From UHGV virus genome UHGV-2109381: a DNA stretch of 46,031 nt; one strand, written 5' to 3'. The stretch is from a virus. The notes beneath the pieces were generated by a model. It was not told the origin of the DNA. It saw only the letters and a program-made list of their open reading frames with translations, and searched no databases. This document shows, piece after piece, positions 34,200 through 45,000 of this stretch (its first letter is position 1; the number at the start of each line of letters is the position of its first letter). The translations under genes were made by a program, and so were the position numbers.

Positions 34200-36191
34200 C
34201 TATGTAAAATTAATAATGAAATTATCGACGTCGATCACCGCACCTTCACGGCAGCGGATAGATACTTCGCAGTACTCAGCGGCTTGTGGCACGCGACCCT
34301 GTATGAACCGTCCTACAGATTGCCATCCGCTCGGGGTGTTAGTAAAATTACTACTTGCACCTGATTGGATGGGGTTGCCAGCCCTATCGTAAAATGTAAC
34401 GGTTAACGCCCCTGCTGTTTCTCCTGCTCCAGCCGTTATTGTATTGATTTGACACGTTGTCGAGTAATAACCATGCTGTGTTACTTTTACCTTTTGAACT
34501 AAGAAACAACTTAACGACCCGAACGATGTCATTCTCGCACCATAAGTGCCTGTTTTCTTATATGCTGTACCAACTACACATGTTTGACTGGCAGAACCCT
34601 GATCATTAAATGTCCACGATGATAAAGCCCCTGTCTCAAATCCTGGATTCAATGTTGGGTTAAGGGATTTATGGAGTGGAATATTTCCCACCCCGGACAA
34701 GATATCTCCTATACAATGACTTGCGGTAACATACCCATCTCCCTCAACAAAAGTTCTTAATCCTTCGTCTCCATTCTGAAAGAGATAATCATTTCCTGGT
34801 GTTTTAACAAGGGTTACATCGATGAAGGCGTTTGCCCCCACGTAGAATAATGGTTTCGTTTGCAGCGACGGTTTGTTACACACAAGTGTACACCCATTAA
34901 GGATGAGTCGCGCGCCAGTTCCTGTTACTTCCCCGTAGCGATACCACTCTGACGCCCCTGGATTTTCAATATTAGCCGCCGAATCCAAGATGACCATGGC
35001 ACCGTCACCAGTTATCTTAATCGGGGTATTCAATACCGATGTGCCAGGCATCCCAATGGCAAAACTTGCGCATTCAACAAGTATCGGGCATCCTTTCATG
35101 TCGAATATTTTGCAATTTTGAAAAGTAACCGACTCTCCAGAGTCCGAAATGCCCACCGGGAAGTGCATCGCATATGTACCTCCAGGTGACTCCATCATAA
35201 ATCCGCAATTAATGAATTTATAACGCCAGGTACTGTTAGAGGCACCTAAAACAATGTCAGCAGTAGAAAACATACAGTTTTCGATTTTACAATCACCATT
35301 ATAGGTGCCTTTGCTGGGGTTGTTATTATTTCCAGTTAGCAGCAACCGCTGACTAATACCTTTGATCGAGCTTTTAAATTTTATACCGCGCATGGCTGTA
35401 CAGTGGTTATCCGACCCAGCAGGATACGGTTGGCTGGAATGGACCCACAAGCAGTAAGTGGCCGTACAACCAGTAAAGTCAATATAGGCAATGCCATTGG
35501 GGCTCTCGAAAGAATAGTACCCTAAATCTACTTCCAACCCTTGCGACCCGGTTACATAATAGGTTTTCCCCGCCTGTAACACCACATTGACTCTGTTTGC
35601 TTTCGCATAGCTGTTTGCGGCCAGTAACTGTTCGGTGTCAGTGCCTGGGAAATCCTCCGGCATTATAAACTTAGTTCTTCTGTTAAAAATCTCCATATAA
35701 TCATCGAGCTGTATACCATCAGAGTGGGTTACTAATGAAGTCCCCGGTATTACAGACGAAGATAATTCCTGCCTCAAATTAGCATCACCAACGCTCACCA
35801 AATGCGTAACATCGGTAGCCCATGATGTACTATTAATACCCGTGGTTGTGTATGGTGGATTGGTAGCCGCATTTAAACGCCAGAATTCATTCTGATAACG
35901 AATAATCTGATTACGAGCGGCAATTGTATAAGGCCCATTTTCATAATCTCCTAAAAACTTATAACCAGAATTCAAGAGGAATTGCTGGAAATCAGACTCC
36001 CTTTGAGTCTGAGCTGCCTGGAACTGGTTATTCCTTCCGGTATTAGTCAGCCTCTGCATGCCGAATCGGTCGGTGTAGTAATCAGCACTTCCGTTGACCT
36101 CTTCATCAATCTTCCCAGCGTTAAACTTCAGGTCGCGCGGGTCTTCAGAAGGGATCGGCTTGTTAGTTGGGGTAGTAGCCATCGGCTGCAA
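34200..36191 (-). CDS. Tail fibre/tailspike with a right-handed beta-helix (pectate-lyase-like) putative depolymerase domain.
   Basis: 663 aa. A conserved-looking N-terminal anchor is followed by a central region with repetitive Gly/Asn-rich beta-helix-like rungs (NCGFMMESPGGTYAMHFPVGISDSG...) and a C-terminal beta-sandwich-like region. Confidence 0.55.
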   Translation of the reverse strand: MQPMATTPTNKPIPSEDPRDLKFNAGKIDEEVNGSADYYTDRFGMQRLTNTGRNNQFQAAQTQRESDFQQFLLNSGYKFLGDYENGPYTIAARNQIIRYQNEFWRLNAATNPPYTTTGINSTSWATDVTHLVSVGDANLRQELSSSVIPGTSLVTHSDGIQLDDYMEIFNRRTKFIMPEDFPGTDTEQLLAANSYAKANRVNVVLQAGKTYYVTGSQGLEVDLGYYSFESPNGIAYIDFTGCTATYCLWVHSSQPYPAGSDNHCTAMRGIKFKSSIKGISQRLLLTGNNNNPSKGTYNGDCKIENCMFSTADIVLGASNSTWRYKFINCGFMMESPGGTYAMHFPVGISDSGESVTFQNCKIFDMKGCPILVECASFAIGMPGTSVLNTPIKITGDGAMVILDSAANIENPGASEWYRYGEVTGTGARLILNGCTLVCNKPSLQTKPLFYVGANAFIDVTLVKTPGNDYLFQNGDEGLRTFVEGDGYVTASHCIGDILSGVGNIPLHKSLNPTLNPGFETGALSSWTFNDQGSASQTCVVGTAYKKTGTYGARMTSFGSLSCFLVQKVKVTQHGYYSTTCQINTITAGAGETAGALTVTFYDRAGNPIQSGASSNFTNTPSGWQSVGRFIQGRVPQAAEYCEVSIRCREGAVIDVDNFIINFT

Positions 36192-36220
36192 TCTCCGTAA
36201 TCATTAATTGCCCTATTGTA

Positions 36221-38701
36221 TCACGCAACAGGATTGGTGTAGGCGTACATGGCGTCATTGTACTCAGTTACTGTGAGAGACACCGTGCCATCTGTACCTG
36301 GAGTTTTCTGGCTGACTGTCCATAACGTTGAGTCAAGTTCGACCTCTGTGGAGATGGCATATCTTGATTCTGACTGAACATTAACACCGTCAAAAATGTT
36401 CAACTCGAAATCAGATGGCAACGCGCACTCGAATGTGTTCAAACCAGTAATGGCACAAGCAAGACGTTCTGATACATTACCATTGGCGCCGGTGATCACC
36501 ACAAACAGATTGCTTGCCGCTGTGAGCTGCTCACTGGTGGTGAACACATTTCCTGACCTTGAGCGGATAACACCAGTCTGCTGCACTGAATCATAAATAT
36601 CGACAACGGAAATCATATCGCCAACGTTCACCCACTCGCCATCAGCAAGCGCTTTTATCTCCATTCCGCGACGTGAGTACATGAGGCGATTGCACTCAAG
36701 CATAGCCCGGTCTGTTGCCTGATACAGATTTCGAACGTATAGCATGTCGAATTTTTTCGGTTTAGTTGGCTCCCCAGGTTCGATACCAGAAGCGCCAACT
36801 TTATAATAAACGTAAGCCTGTTTGTTGGTGTTTGGGTCGCGGTACTGAACGCTTACGCCATCATATGCCCCTGGCAAAGTCATGTCATAAGACATTTTAT
36901 AGCCATCAGCCTGCGTGTTTCTGGTATTAAACACAGTTTCAGGGGCTGATTTTTGCTCATCCCTTGAAAACGATAAGACGCCATCATCCCAAAACACCGT
37001 CACGCGAGCTGCATCACAGATGGTCTGAATTCGCTCACCAATGGACTTATCATCATCGTCAAAGGTGTAATCAAAATACCCAAGGCGCGCATCAGGCAGC
37101 GCATCAGCTATTTCATAGAGCCTGCCTATATCAATGGTGCTTTCAGGCTGACCAGCAGTAATAAGCCAGTTATGCAGTACTGAATCTGCAAAACTTCTTG
37201 ATGGAGTTAACGTATAGTCGACTGTCCCGGTTGTTCTGTTGTATCCAATAGTCCATCGGGTAATCAGCGCATTATATTTGCGCTCAGTAACTGATGTGGG
37301 CTGAAGCGTGGCCTTCACTGTCACTTTAACCAGAGTGTCATCTGGATAAACCACGTTTTCACGGATATTGATGGCATGCGCCGCCTGCAACGTTACGCGG
37401 TTGCCAGAGTTTGAGTTGTTTGTCCTTTCAATGCTGATGGCATACTTAGCCAGCCCATGAGCAGGAGTTAACTTATACGTGCGATAATAGGTTTTGGTTG
37501 TCTGATTGAATGGGTTGTCAATACTGTCTGCAAGCTGCTCCTCAGTTCCTGGAATGGCATCCCCATTATCATCAACTGCCCATACCTTGATCAGGTAATC
37601 TGCTGTGCCACTGGTAGGACCAAGCTCAGACTGAACATGAACCCATACCTGCGTTGATTCCACAGCTCCAACATATGGGCCAACAACGAGCGCCTCATTA
37701 TCCACAATCTGGAAATAAGTGTTGTTGATGGTTGCGCCGGTCAGATTGCCAAGGTTTGCGCCGGTCAAGTTATTGAAGGTGAAATTATAGAAATACTGAA
37801 TATCAGGAATGACGCCTGTTTCAGTTTCCTCAGCCGAAATGATGTTGCCACTAAGCTGAATATTTTCAGTAACTGGCCCGGATGTCGAGTTATAGGTAAT
37901 ATTTATTGTTAATGACACAGAGTGCGGCAAAGAGAGGCCCATAAAGTAATCGAAATCAGTGTTTTTTGGTATGACCATTAACAACTGTCCGCCAGCATAA
38001 TCACCACTGGTAACAGATGTTGTGGTCGCTGTCTCTATCGGGGTGTCCTCTGATTCGTTCAGTCCTGGAACCTCCTGACCATCAAGCCCGTCGAACTGGT
38101 AAGGCTCAATGATTTGCCCGATCACATCACCTGGATTGTAGATGACATGAGTGGCGCCGGGCAGAGAACCAAGATTAGTTTCCGCATAGCGAACCGATGA
38201 AATGGTGTATTTCCCAAGGCCAAAGTTCATGAACTCAGTGACGTACTTCAGATCGTCAATGTATTCAAAAAGCGATTCCTGAATCAGGTCAGGGAATGCC
38301 CTTATCTGACCGAAGTTGTCAGGTCTTGCCTCTCCATTGCGCGCAATATTAGTTTGCGATTTCAGGCTGTTATTGGGTGATTCAACCGTCGTGCCGGTGC
38401 TTGTTGATGGCGTTGATGCTTTTGGCAGCAGAAAAGAAAGAACCTTAGTTACAGGCTTGAGTATCGTGCTGATAAGGTCGCCAATGGCGCCGCGAGGCTG
38501 GCAGTAAATGTTAACAATATCGTTTTTCTTTAACGATATCGACAATTCATCATCAGGGCCAAAAATGCGGCCATTCAGTGCAATCCTGATGTCAGATGGA
38601 AGGCCGGAATTCTCCAGCCATCTCCACAGATTAGTGCCAGCAGGAACATTACCCGTCTCTTTTGGAAAACCTGGCATCTTCTGGATGTGAATAACCGGCA
38701 T
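36221..38701 (-). CDS. Tail tip/host-specificity protein (lambda J-like central fibre).
   Basis: 826 aa. It is the last large tail gene after the K-like gene, with the fibre gene following. Confidence 0.6.
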   Translation of the reverse strand: MPVIHIQKMPGFPKETGNVPAGTNLWRWLENSGLPSDIRIALNGRIFGPDDELSISLKKNDIVNIYCQPRGAIGDLISTILKPVTKVLSFLLPKASTPSTSTGTTVESPNNSLKSQTNIARNGEARPDNFGQIRAFPDLIQESLFEYIDDLKYVTEFMNFGLGKYTISSVRYAETNLGSLPGATHVIYNPGDVIGQIIEPYQFDGLDGQEVPGLNESEDTPIETATTTSVTSGDYAGGQLLMVIPKNTDFDYFMGLSLPHSVSLTINITYNSTSGPVTENIQLSGNIISAEETETGVIPDIQYFYNFTFNNLTGANLGNLTGATINNTYFQIVDNEALVVGPYVGAVESTQVWVHVQSELGPTSGTADYLIKVWAVDDNGDAIPGTEEQLADSIDNPFNQTTKTYYRTYKLTPAHGLAKYAISIERTNNSNSGNRVTLQAAHAINIRENVVYPDDTLVKVTVKATLQPTSVTERKYNALITRWTIGYNRTTGTVDYTLTPSRSFADSVLHNWLITAGQPESTIDIGRLYEIADALPDARLGYFDYTFDDDDKSIGERIQTICDAARVTVFWDDGVLSFSRDEQKSAPETVFNTRNTQADGYKMSYDMTLPGAYDGVSVQYRDPNTNKQAYVYYKVGASGIEPGEPTKPKKFDMLYVRNLYQATDRAMLECNRLMYSRRGMEIKALADGEWVNVGDMISVVDIYDSVQQTGVIRSRSGNVFTTSEQLTAASNLFVVITGANGNVSERLACAITGLNTFECALPSDFELNIFDGVNVQSESRYAISTEVELDSTLWTVSQKTPGTDGTVSLTVTEYNDAMYAYTNPVA

Positions 38702-39128
38702 AAGTCAGGAACCTTAATTTTGTTGATAATTTTTCGAGTGTTTTAAGGCGGTCTGTCTTGACTGCCGTTTTCTCTCGCGCATGCAGTATTTTATCACGAC
38801 CCCACCATAGCGCGACATGTACCGGGTGACTACCACGATAGGCAACCACCACATCGCCAATTTTTGGCCGGTCTGTGTCTTTCCAGAATGAAACTTCCCC
38901 ATTGAAACAAGTGACAAAATCTCCGCCACTTGAATATGAATTATCGTGATGAACATTGACATTCATACAAAGGCGATAGAAAAGCACCACCAGACCCCAG
39001 CAGTCAACTGCATCAACGTGACAGCATCTGTCAACATATGGTTTTCCAGCCATCAGCCGCTCAAAATCGTCAAACGGTACGCAGTCCGGGGAATTCTGTG
39101 ATGTCATAAAGTTTTGCCACGTTGCCAT
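38649..39128 (-). CDS. Tail assembly protein K-like, NlpC/P60-type peptidase domain.
   Basis: Catalytic Cys context [13 protein letters not shown] with a downstream His ([10 protein letters not shown]). Position between the L-like and J-like genes. Confidence 0.55.
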   Translation of the reverse strand: MATWQNFMTSQNSPDCVPFDDFERLMAGKPYVDRCCHVDAVDCWGLVVLFYRLCMNVNVHHDNSYSSGGDFVTCFNGEVSFWKDTDRPKIGDVVVAYRGSHPVHVALWWGRDKILHAREKTAVKTDRLKTLEKLSTKLRFLTYAGYSHPEDARFSKRDG

Positions 39129-39540
39129 TGATTGGGTTCTTTATGGAGATGGAGACAGTTACATCAGACTGATCAAGCGTCACATCGTTCACATAAAGCG
39201 TATATGGCTTTAATGGTGTGCTTTTGTCAGTCTCATCAAAACGCTGGTATAAAGCAGTGATAGGCTCAATACGTCCAGAGCCTGACCATAACTTTAAATA
39301 TTGCTTAAAGTCATTAGCCAGTCTCGCAAACTTTAACGTGGCATTAATTACCGGCGTGTTCGATTGTTGGCTTCTGGTTACATCCATGCGTACTGGCTGG
39401 TAGGTCTGGCCGCCAAGGACAACATCAGAGAACTCGTTGCCAACTAGCCGGACATAACCAAATGAGGAATGATAAAAGGTTATGGTGTCATACAGCTTCC
39501 AGTTTGGCCTTTTTGACTGGTATTCACGCAATGTTGGCAT
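39070..39540 (-). CDS. Minor tail protein (lambda L-like position).
   Basis: 156 aa ORF, coupled. Assigned by synteny with the lambda-like tail tip cluster. Confidence 0.45.
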   Translation of the reverse strand: MPTLREYQSKRPNWKLYDTITFYHSSFGYVRLVGNEFSDVVLGGQTYQPVRMDVTRSQQSNTPVINATLKFARLANDFKQYLKLWSGSGRIEPITALYQRFDETDKSTPLKPYTLYVNDVTLDQSDVTVSISIKNPINGNVAKLYDITEFPGLRTV

Positions 39541-40010
39541 TATGGATACTCCGGCAAATCCCTGTTAACGACTTCATCGAGCCATGAATACCATCTCTCA
39601 TCAAGCTCAACAAGCACATCATCAAACTCATCCATGGAGTTATTGAGAGTTTTACAGATGACATTTCCAGTCCATGTGACGATGCCGCCATTGATGCTTG
39701 TTTGTACGGGATAATCAGTAAAGTGCAAAGTCTGATTCTGTAATCCGCTGCCACCAAGATCGATATCCATCGTGAACCATTCATTACAGTGGTTGAGGTA
39801 TTTGCTGCTTCTTAACCACTGAATAAAAGCTCGCTCCTGCCTTAGCGTGAAAACCCATGTCAAACTCCATGTTACTGCAACATCAGTCGTTAACTTTTGA
39901 AATATTGGCGCCCCAACCGCAGGCTGATCGCTGCGGAATGGGGTTTGAGTCGTCATGTTCTTGCTGGCACGCTGCGCAAGCGGTAGCCATGATGGATAAG
40001 CTATAGCCAT
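39540..40010 (-). CDS. Minor/distal tail protein (lambda M-like position).
   Basis: 156 aa ORF immediately after the tape measure gene, with overlapping start and stop. Confidence 0.45.
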   Translation of the reverse strand: MAIAYPSWLPLAQRASKNMTTQTPFRSDQPAVGAPIFQKLTTDVAVTWSLTWVFTLRQERAFIQWLRSSKYLNHCNEWFTMDIDLGGSGLQNQTLHFTDYPVQTSINGGIVTWTGNVICKTLNNSMDEFDDVLVELDERWYSWLDEVVNRDLPEYP

Positions 40011-43000
40011 TATTCTGTTGCCCTTCTGGTTGCAGTGGTGTTGCTGGTAATAGCCTGAGAAATAGGGCCGCCATTTTCTATGTCGGCAACGATGGTCTCA
40101 ATTGTAACAGAGCCGTCACCATTATCTCTTGCTGTTGATGAGGCCGTTGCTCCGCTGCTGTTATTGGTGACATTATTATAAATAATGATGCCACTGCCAC
40201 CTCCGGTAAGGTCTTTGTTGCTGATAACCTTTCCGTTGTCCCCGGGTATCATGTACTGATTACCATTACTGGCCTGGAAGATTTCAGGGAGGTTGTTCTC
40301 GCCGACCTGATACATTGATCCAGCCTGCGCAGGGCCGCCATTCTTTAATGCACCGGCAACAGACATTGCTTTAGCCACACCAATGGTGGAAACAATGCCA
40401 GCCTGTGCAGGGATTGCGTTAGCGCCAGCCGTGGCAAGCGAGGTCATTGCCGCTGCCGGGGCCATTGCCGCTGCGATTAGCTGGGCCTGAGTCGCTGCCA
40501 TCGCTGAGGCTGCGGTCATCCCAACCTGACCCATAATCACCGATTTAAGCCACTCAACACCCATCTGAACGAATGAGTTAATGACAGCGTTCAACACAGT
40601 GCTGCCAATTGACCGCAAGGCATCACTTACAGACATTGAGCCAGTCAGAACGCCAGTTAGGGCATTGCTTGCGGTTTGCCCAAAAGCATCAAATGCAGCA
40701 GCCGCCGCTTGCGTAGCCGCATTCTGCTGGCTCCACTCCTGCCACATGGCATCGAGGCGCTGCTGGCGGTATTGCTCCTCAATTGCTGCTCTGGCCTGTT
40801 CAACTTCCGCTATCTTTTGCGGATAAGCCACTGCGTAAGCATTGAGCGCTGCTAAATCTTTCTGATAATTTGTTTCAACGGCAAACATTGGGGATGTCTG
40901 CGATTTTAATGCAGCAAAGCCTTTTACAGCTTCGGCTCTTTTTTTCTCCGCCTCTGCCTGAGCCTTGAGCGCGTTGGCGTTATCCCATGCCTTGGCTGCA
41001 TATTGTCCTGCAAGGTTAATTTGCTCCTGAGTGGCGCCTTTTCCAAGAGACTGCTGAGCGGCCAGTATTGACTGTTCACGGCTAAGCTCTCTTGTACTTT
41101 CAGCGGTAAGCAGTGACTTCTGGCGAAGCTGCTCAAGTTTATTGGCGATATTCTCCTGCTCTGTGGCTGCTTTTTTGGCCGCTGATTGAGAATCATTTTG
41201 CGATTTTTCCCTTGCTTTCTCGGCCTCATTTAAATCATATATCTGCCCTGCAAGCTCACCAGCTCTGGCTATCTGATTGGGGTTATCAGTTACCTTAGCT
41301 GCCTCCATTCTCGCCTTTGTTACTGCCCTTTGTCTTTCATCCTGTATTTTTAAAAGCTGATTCTGCTCCTCAAGACTGAGAATTATCTTATCTGCTTCTT
41401 TTGTCGGGGCTGACACCTGCAAAGATTTGGGGTTGAAGTTTTGCCCGGCTTGGTTTGCTCGATTTATCTCATCAGCAGTCAATCCAAATGCTCTTGCCAC
41501 CGCCCCTTGCACCCTCTCAAGAGTCGAGCCTTTCTCAATCAGGCCATCATGCACACCCATTGACGTGAGCATATTGTTTGTTAGGGTTCTGCTTGCTTCT
41601 GCTGCCGTGTCCTGAGTTCTTGCTAGTTTTTCCTCAGCATCAGCTAAATCCCTACGCTTTTTAGCTAACTGGTCTGCGGCATCCGTTGCCTTAATCACGA
41701 ACCCATTATTTTGATCTTCGGCAACCCCGTACTTTCTTGCAAGCGTTGTATATTTCTCGTAATCGGATTGCAGGTCTGAAATGGTGTCCTTCAGATCGCT
41801 AATAGCTTCCTCTTGCGCCCTAATTGAAATATTGGCGTCAGCTATCGCCCCCCTGAGTTGGGTATTGTTCATCGCCTTCATTGAGGCGTTAACTTTATCC
41901 AGGCTATCGGCAAAGCGGATTGCTTCTTCTTTGGCTTGCTGCGCTTTCTGCCAGAAGTAAAATATTGCCCCCGCCGCTAACATTGCCGCGCCAGCTGGGC
42001 CGCCTATCAATGAAAGTGCACCTCTGGCAAGTCCAATCCCTACCGATGCGGCCCTTGCCGCTGATGCTGCTCTCGCTGATGCGGCAGCCTGTGCGTTTTC
42101 AGCCTGAGCAAGGGATAGTGACGCGGCGCTCGCTCTTGATTTTGCCGCAACCAGAGCATCAAGCGCCAGCATCTCGGCTGCGCTGCCTTTTGCTACGTTA
42201 TATTCAGCCTGAGCAAGCGCCAGAGATGATAGCGCCGCCTCTTTATCAGCCAGCGCCTTCCTCCGCGCGGAATTTGCAGCCACAAGCGCTGATTGTGCCT
42301 GCTGATTCTCAGCTATTAATTGCTGTCTTGATGCCGCTATATCTGATATTTTCGCGGCAGTGGACATTGCCAGCGCGCCAACATACCGACTTCCCATTAT
42401 GCCAGCTACAATGATAAGGGCGCCGCTCAGCGTCTCAAGGTTCTCACTTATTGTGATGACAGAGTCTCGGAACCCTGCTGCAAATGATTTAACCGTCGAG
42501 TTTTCGCCAAAGAACTTCGTTACGTTGTTACCGGCTACCTGCAATCCCTTGGCGATTGAGACGGTGGTGTTGGCAAATTCTTTGCCGATTGCATCCCCTT
42601 GTGACAGAAGCCCCTTAACTACAACGTCTGTTGTTAGCTGCCCCTGAGCGGCCATAGCCCTCAACTGACCGATAGAAACACCCATCGAATCAGCCAGAGC
42701 TACCATGAGGCGGCTGCCTTGCTCTGACACTGAGTTAAACTCCTCGCCGCGCAGAACGCCGGAAGCGATACCCTGTGATAGCTGAATGATTGCGTTCTCA
42801 GCTTCCTGAGCTGTTGCACCGGATACTGCAAACCCCTGGTTGATAATAGTGGTCAGGCGGACTAAATCTTCCGCGCTGGTGTTGTACGCCCTGGTTCCTC
42901 GCTCAAGTCTGGCGTAAAGAGTCGCCGTGCCGTTAAGGGATGACTGGGTTGCTTGTGAAACATCAAAGATCCGCTGCATAACTTCGGTCTGCGTCTCTCC

Positions 43001-43291
43001 AGTACGAACCGAGTTAGCTACCTTGTTATTTAGTTCAGTCCAGGCATCGGCGTAACTCGCAACCTGTTGCACAGAAAGCGCCGCGAACAATCCCTTGGCA
43101 ACGCCAGAAAGGCTGGACATTGTTCGTTCCATCGATCCAATAGAGCGCTCTGTCCTGTTTACACTGGCCTCAAGTCGCCCCATGTTCCCGCTAAGTCCAT
43201 TTAGCATTGACTGCAATTCACGACTACCAGCTGCTAACTGAGATGTGTCAATGCCAACCTCATAGATAATGCCGCCAACTGTTTCTGCCAT
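40010..43291 (-). CDS. Tail tape measure protein.
   Basis: 1093 aa. Long Ala/Gln/Glu-rich coiled-coil regions with hydrophobic Gly/Ala-rich segments. Canonical position. Confidence 0.85.
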   Translation of the reverse strand: MAETVGGIIYEVGIDTSQLAAGSRELQSMLNGLSGNMGRLEASVNRTERSIGSMERTMSSLSGVAKGLFAALSVQQVASYADAWTELNNKVANSVRTGETQTEVMQRIFDVSQATQSSLNGTATLYARLERGTRAYNTSAEDLVRLTTIINQGFAVSGATAQEAENAIIQLSQGIASGVLRGEEFNSVSEQGSRLMVALADSMGVSIGQLRAMAAQGQLTTDVVVKGLLSQGDAIGKEFANTTVSIAKGLQVAGNNVTKFFGENSTVKSFAAGFRDSVITISENLETLSGALIIVAGIMGSRYVGALAMSTAAKISDIAASRQQLIAENQQAQSALVAANSARRKALADKEAALSSLALAQAEYNVAKGSAAEMLALDALVAAKSRASAASLSLAQAENAQAAASARAASAARAASVGIGLARGALSLIGGPAGAAMLAAGAIFYFWQKAQQAKEEAIRFADSLDKVNASMKAMNNTQLRGAIADANISIRAQEEAISDLKDTISDLQSDYEKYTTLARKYGVAEDQNNGFVIKATDAADQLAKKRRDLADAEEKLARTQDTAAEASRTLTNNMLTSMGVHDGLIEKGSTLERVQGAVARAFGLTADEINRANQAGQNFNPKSLQVSAPTKEADKIILSLEEQNQLLKIQDERQRAVTKARMEAAKVTDNPNQIARAGELAGQIYDLNEAEKAREKSQNDSQSAAKKAATEQENIANKLEQLRQKSLLTAESTRELSREQSILAAQQSLGKGATQEQINLAGQYAAKAWDNANALKAQAEAEKKRAEAVKGFAALKSQTSPMFAVETNYQKDLAALNAYAVAYPQKIAEVEQARAAIEEQYRQQRLDAMWQEWSQQNAATQAAAAAFDAFGQTASNALTGVLTGSMSVSDALRSIGSTVLNAVINSFVQMGVEWLKSVIMGQVGMTAASAMAATQAQLIAAAMAPAAAMTSLATAGANAIPAQAGIVSTIGVAKAMSVAGALKNGGPAQAGSMYQVGENNLPEIFQASNGNQYMIPGDNGKVISNKDLTGGGSGIIIYNNVTNNSSGATASSTARDNGDGSVTIETIVADIENGGPISQAITSNTTATRRATE

Positions 43292-43998
43292 TATTTTGCT
43301 CCTTTGCTTTTAGCGGCCTTTCTGGCGGCTTTCTCTTTCAGTTTCTGTTTATTCAGCTTGGCCCGCTCATAAGACGCATCATACTGCTCGCGCGTCATGC
43401 CTTCCGGTTCCGGGTATTTTGATTTTATCATCTGCTGATACTCGGTCATGGTCAGGTCTTCGGCTTCCTCACGGGTGATTCCGAAATGGGTGCGAGCTGA
43501 GATGATGTAATCCGACATTCTCAACTCACTTGTTGTGCGCTTTTGGTTTTCCGAGCGCTGAGGAACCTTGAGTGGAGACTTGCCGATGATGCCATGCTCC
43601 ATAAGGTTGCGAGCAATAATAATAATGTCATTTACTGGCATTCTTCCGGTGACGTACTTCACACCGCGCGGAGTTGGCTTCCATGACCCAATGAGCACCG
43701 AGATATCATCATCGCAACAGGACTGCATGATGAGGCAGGCGGCGCTGAGCACTTTCTTACCATAGGCAGGGCGTGACAGGATTTTTGCCACCTGAATCTG
43801 CGCTCCATACGGCAATGACTGAATAGCGCCAAGTATGGCCGCGTATTCATAGCCATTAAGCGTAGCGTACAGCTCGACAATCTCTTTCGGTGAACCAAGA
43901 TCATTCATCGCCGCAAATGATGGCTTGAAGAAAAAAGACTTGTCAGCCAGGGAGATGCGCATCTCTCCGATTTCTGTTAGCGGTGTGCGTTGTCTCAT
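43291..43998 (-). CDS. Tail assembly chaperone (gpG/GT-like), annotated as a single ORF.
   Basis: 235 aa with a Lys-rich C-terminus, immediately upstream of the tape measure. No convincing slippery site or second frame was found. Confidence 0.45.
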   Translation of the reverse strand: MRQRTPLTEIGEMRISLADKSFFFKPSFAAMNDLGSPKEIVELYATLNGYEYAAILGAIQSLPYGAQIQVAKILSRPAYGKKVLSAACLIMQSCCDDDISVLIGSWKPTPRGVKYVTGRMPVNDIIIIARNLMEHGIIGKSPLKVPQRSENQKRTTSELRMSDYIISARTHFGITREEAEDLTMTEYQQMIKSKYPEPEGMTREQYDASYERAKLNKQKLKEKAARKAAKSKGAK

Positions 43999-44035
43999 GT
44001 CTAAATCCTGTTTTCACAATGACGTAATTATACCA

Positions 44036-44095
44036 TTGACAGGGGGCGCAAAACTGACGTAGATTGAAAGCATAAGGTGATTGAGGGTTTGACAT
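44036..44095 (+). promoter_or_regulatory. Promoter region with two -35-like TTGACA boxes and the CTGACGTAGATTGA motif, driving the tail-module moron.
   Basis: TTGACAgggggcgcaaaactgacgTAGATT, then gaaagcataaggtgattgagggTTTGACATATG. Confidence 0.55.
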
Positions 44096-44230
44096 ATGAA
44101 CGAGACTGATGCTGATTTGAGATTTTACATCGACCTTTACATTGATCAGGGCTACACCTATGAGGAGGCCCGTGTAAAGGCGATTTTGTTGCTGGCTAAG
44201 ATTGGCGTAGTGGTGGAGGATAAGAGATGA
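44096..44230 (+). CDS. Hypothetical 44-aa protein, first gene of the moron.
   Basis: ATG after a GAGGG SD. Its stop overlaps the next ATG (ATGA). Confidence 0.35.
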   Translation: MNETDADLRFYIDLYIDQGYTYEEARVKAILLLAKIGVVVEDKR

Positions 44231-44532
44231 GCACTGATTACAGCAAGATGAGTGATTTTGAGATTAATTGCCGCGTGCATTCAGAGGTTATGGAAATTTC
44301 AGGGCTGGATTCATTTAAAGCAAAAGACTACTGCAACAACCCAGTAGATGCGTGGCCGATTATTGTTAATAATAGCATTTCTCTGGAATGTATTGTGGTG
44401 AACAGGCACGAGAAAACATGGCGAGCGCAATTCAAGACTGCATATGTTAAACATCGCGTAAACCACAAAAACCCACTCCGCGCCGCAATGATTGTCTTCC
44501 TCATGATGCAGGAGTCCAAAAATGCCAGTTAA
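44227..44532 (+). CDS. Hypothetical protein.
   Basis: 101 aa ORF, coupled. Confidence 0.5.
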   Translation: MSTDYSKMSDFEINCRVHSEVMEISGLDSFKAKDYCNNPVDAWPIIVNNSISLECIVVNRHEKTWRAQFKTAYVKHRVNHKNPLRAAMIVFLMMQESKNAS

Positions 44533-44674
44533 CAAAGATGACGAAGATGTGATATCTGCATATGCAGGCCAGCGCATCGACATAAACTATGCGATAGCAA
44601 TTCACCTGAGACGATCTGAGTTTATTGCCAATCTGATTTTGTGGGGCATCAAGAACAAGACGAGGAAGGCGTGA
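44522..44674 (+). CDS. Hypothetical 50-aa protein.
   Basis: Its ATG overlaps the upstream stop region. It ends at TGA 44672-44674, which overlaps the next ATG. Confidence 0.3.
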   Translation: MPVNKDDEDVISAYAGQRIDINYAIAIHLRRSEFIANLILWGIKNKTRKA

Positions 44675-44976
44675 TGAGTAAATTGGCAAAGTGGCTGGAA
44701 AGCGGGGAGTATCTACCTGAATTCATGCGTGATTTCCATGACCAGAAAGACGTATTCAAGGCCATGCACAATACAATCACCAACGCCAATGAAAACGGTA
44801 ATCCACGCGATGGCCATATTTACGTGGTTGATACATTTCTTTGGTATATGGCGCGATGTGGGTACACTCTGCAAAAATCGAGAAAGCAGGTTGAATTTAA
44901 AGATATGGGCGACGACATTGAGAGAATGAGGCGTGAATTTTCAGAAAAGTTTCGAGATATGTTGAGTGCAAAATAA
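44674..44976 (+). CDS. Hypothetical protein.
   Basis: The ATG at 44674 follows an AGGAAGG SD. The track ORF begins at a GTG at 44641. Confidence 0.5.
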   Translation: MSKLAKWLESGEYLPEFMRDFHDQKDVFKAMHNTITNANENGNPRDGHIYVVDTFLWYMARCGYTLQKSRKQVEFKDMGDDIERMRREFSEKFRDMLSAK

Positions 44977-44996
44977 ACCCCCTTTCGGGGGTTTTC
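44976..44996. terminator. Bidirectional terminator between the moron and the convergent major tail gene.
   Basis: aaacccccTTTCGGGGGTTTTCTTTATT, a hairpin with flanking A and T runs. Confidence 0.75.
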
Positions 44997-45000
44997 TTTA

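Noticed and set aside
43291-43998. Possible G/GT-type -1 frameshift in the tail chaperone. A UCU UUU UUC run lies near its 5' end, and there are overlapping ORFs at 43568..43765 and 43659..43904.
   Set aside because: The slippery-looking run is at codons ~20-23, not near the 3' end where G/GT shifts occur. The overlapping ORFs lack signals. The gene is treated as a single ORF.
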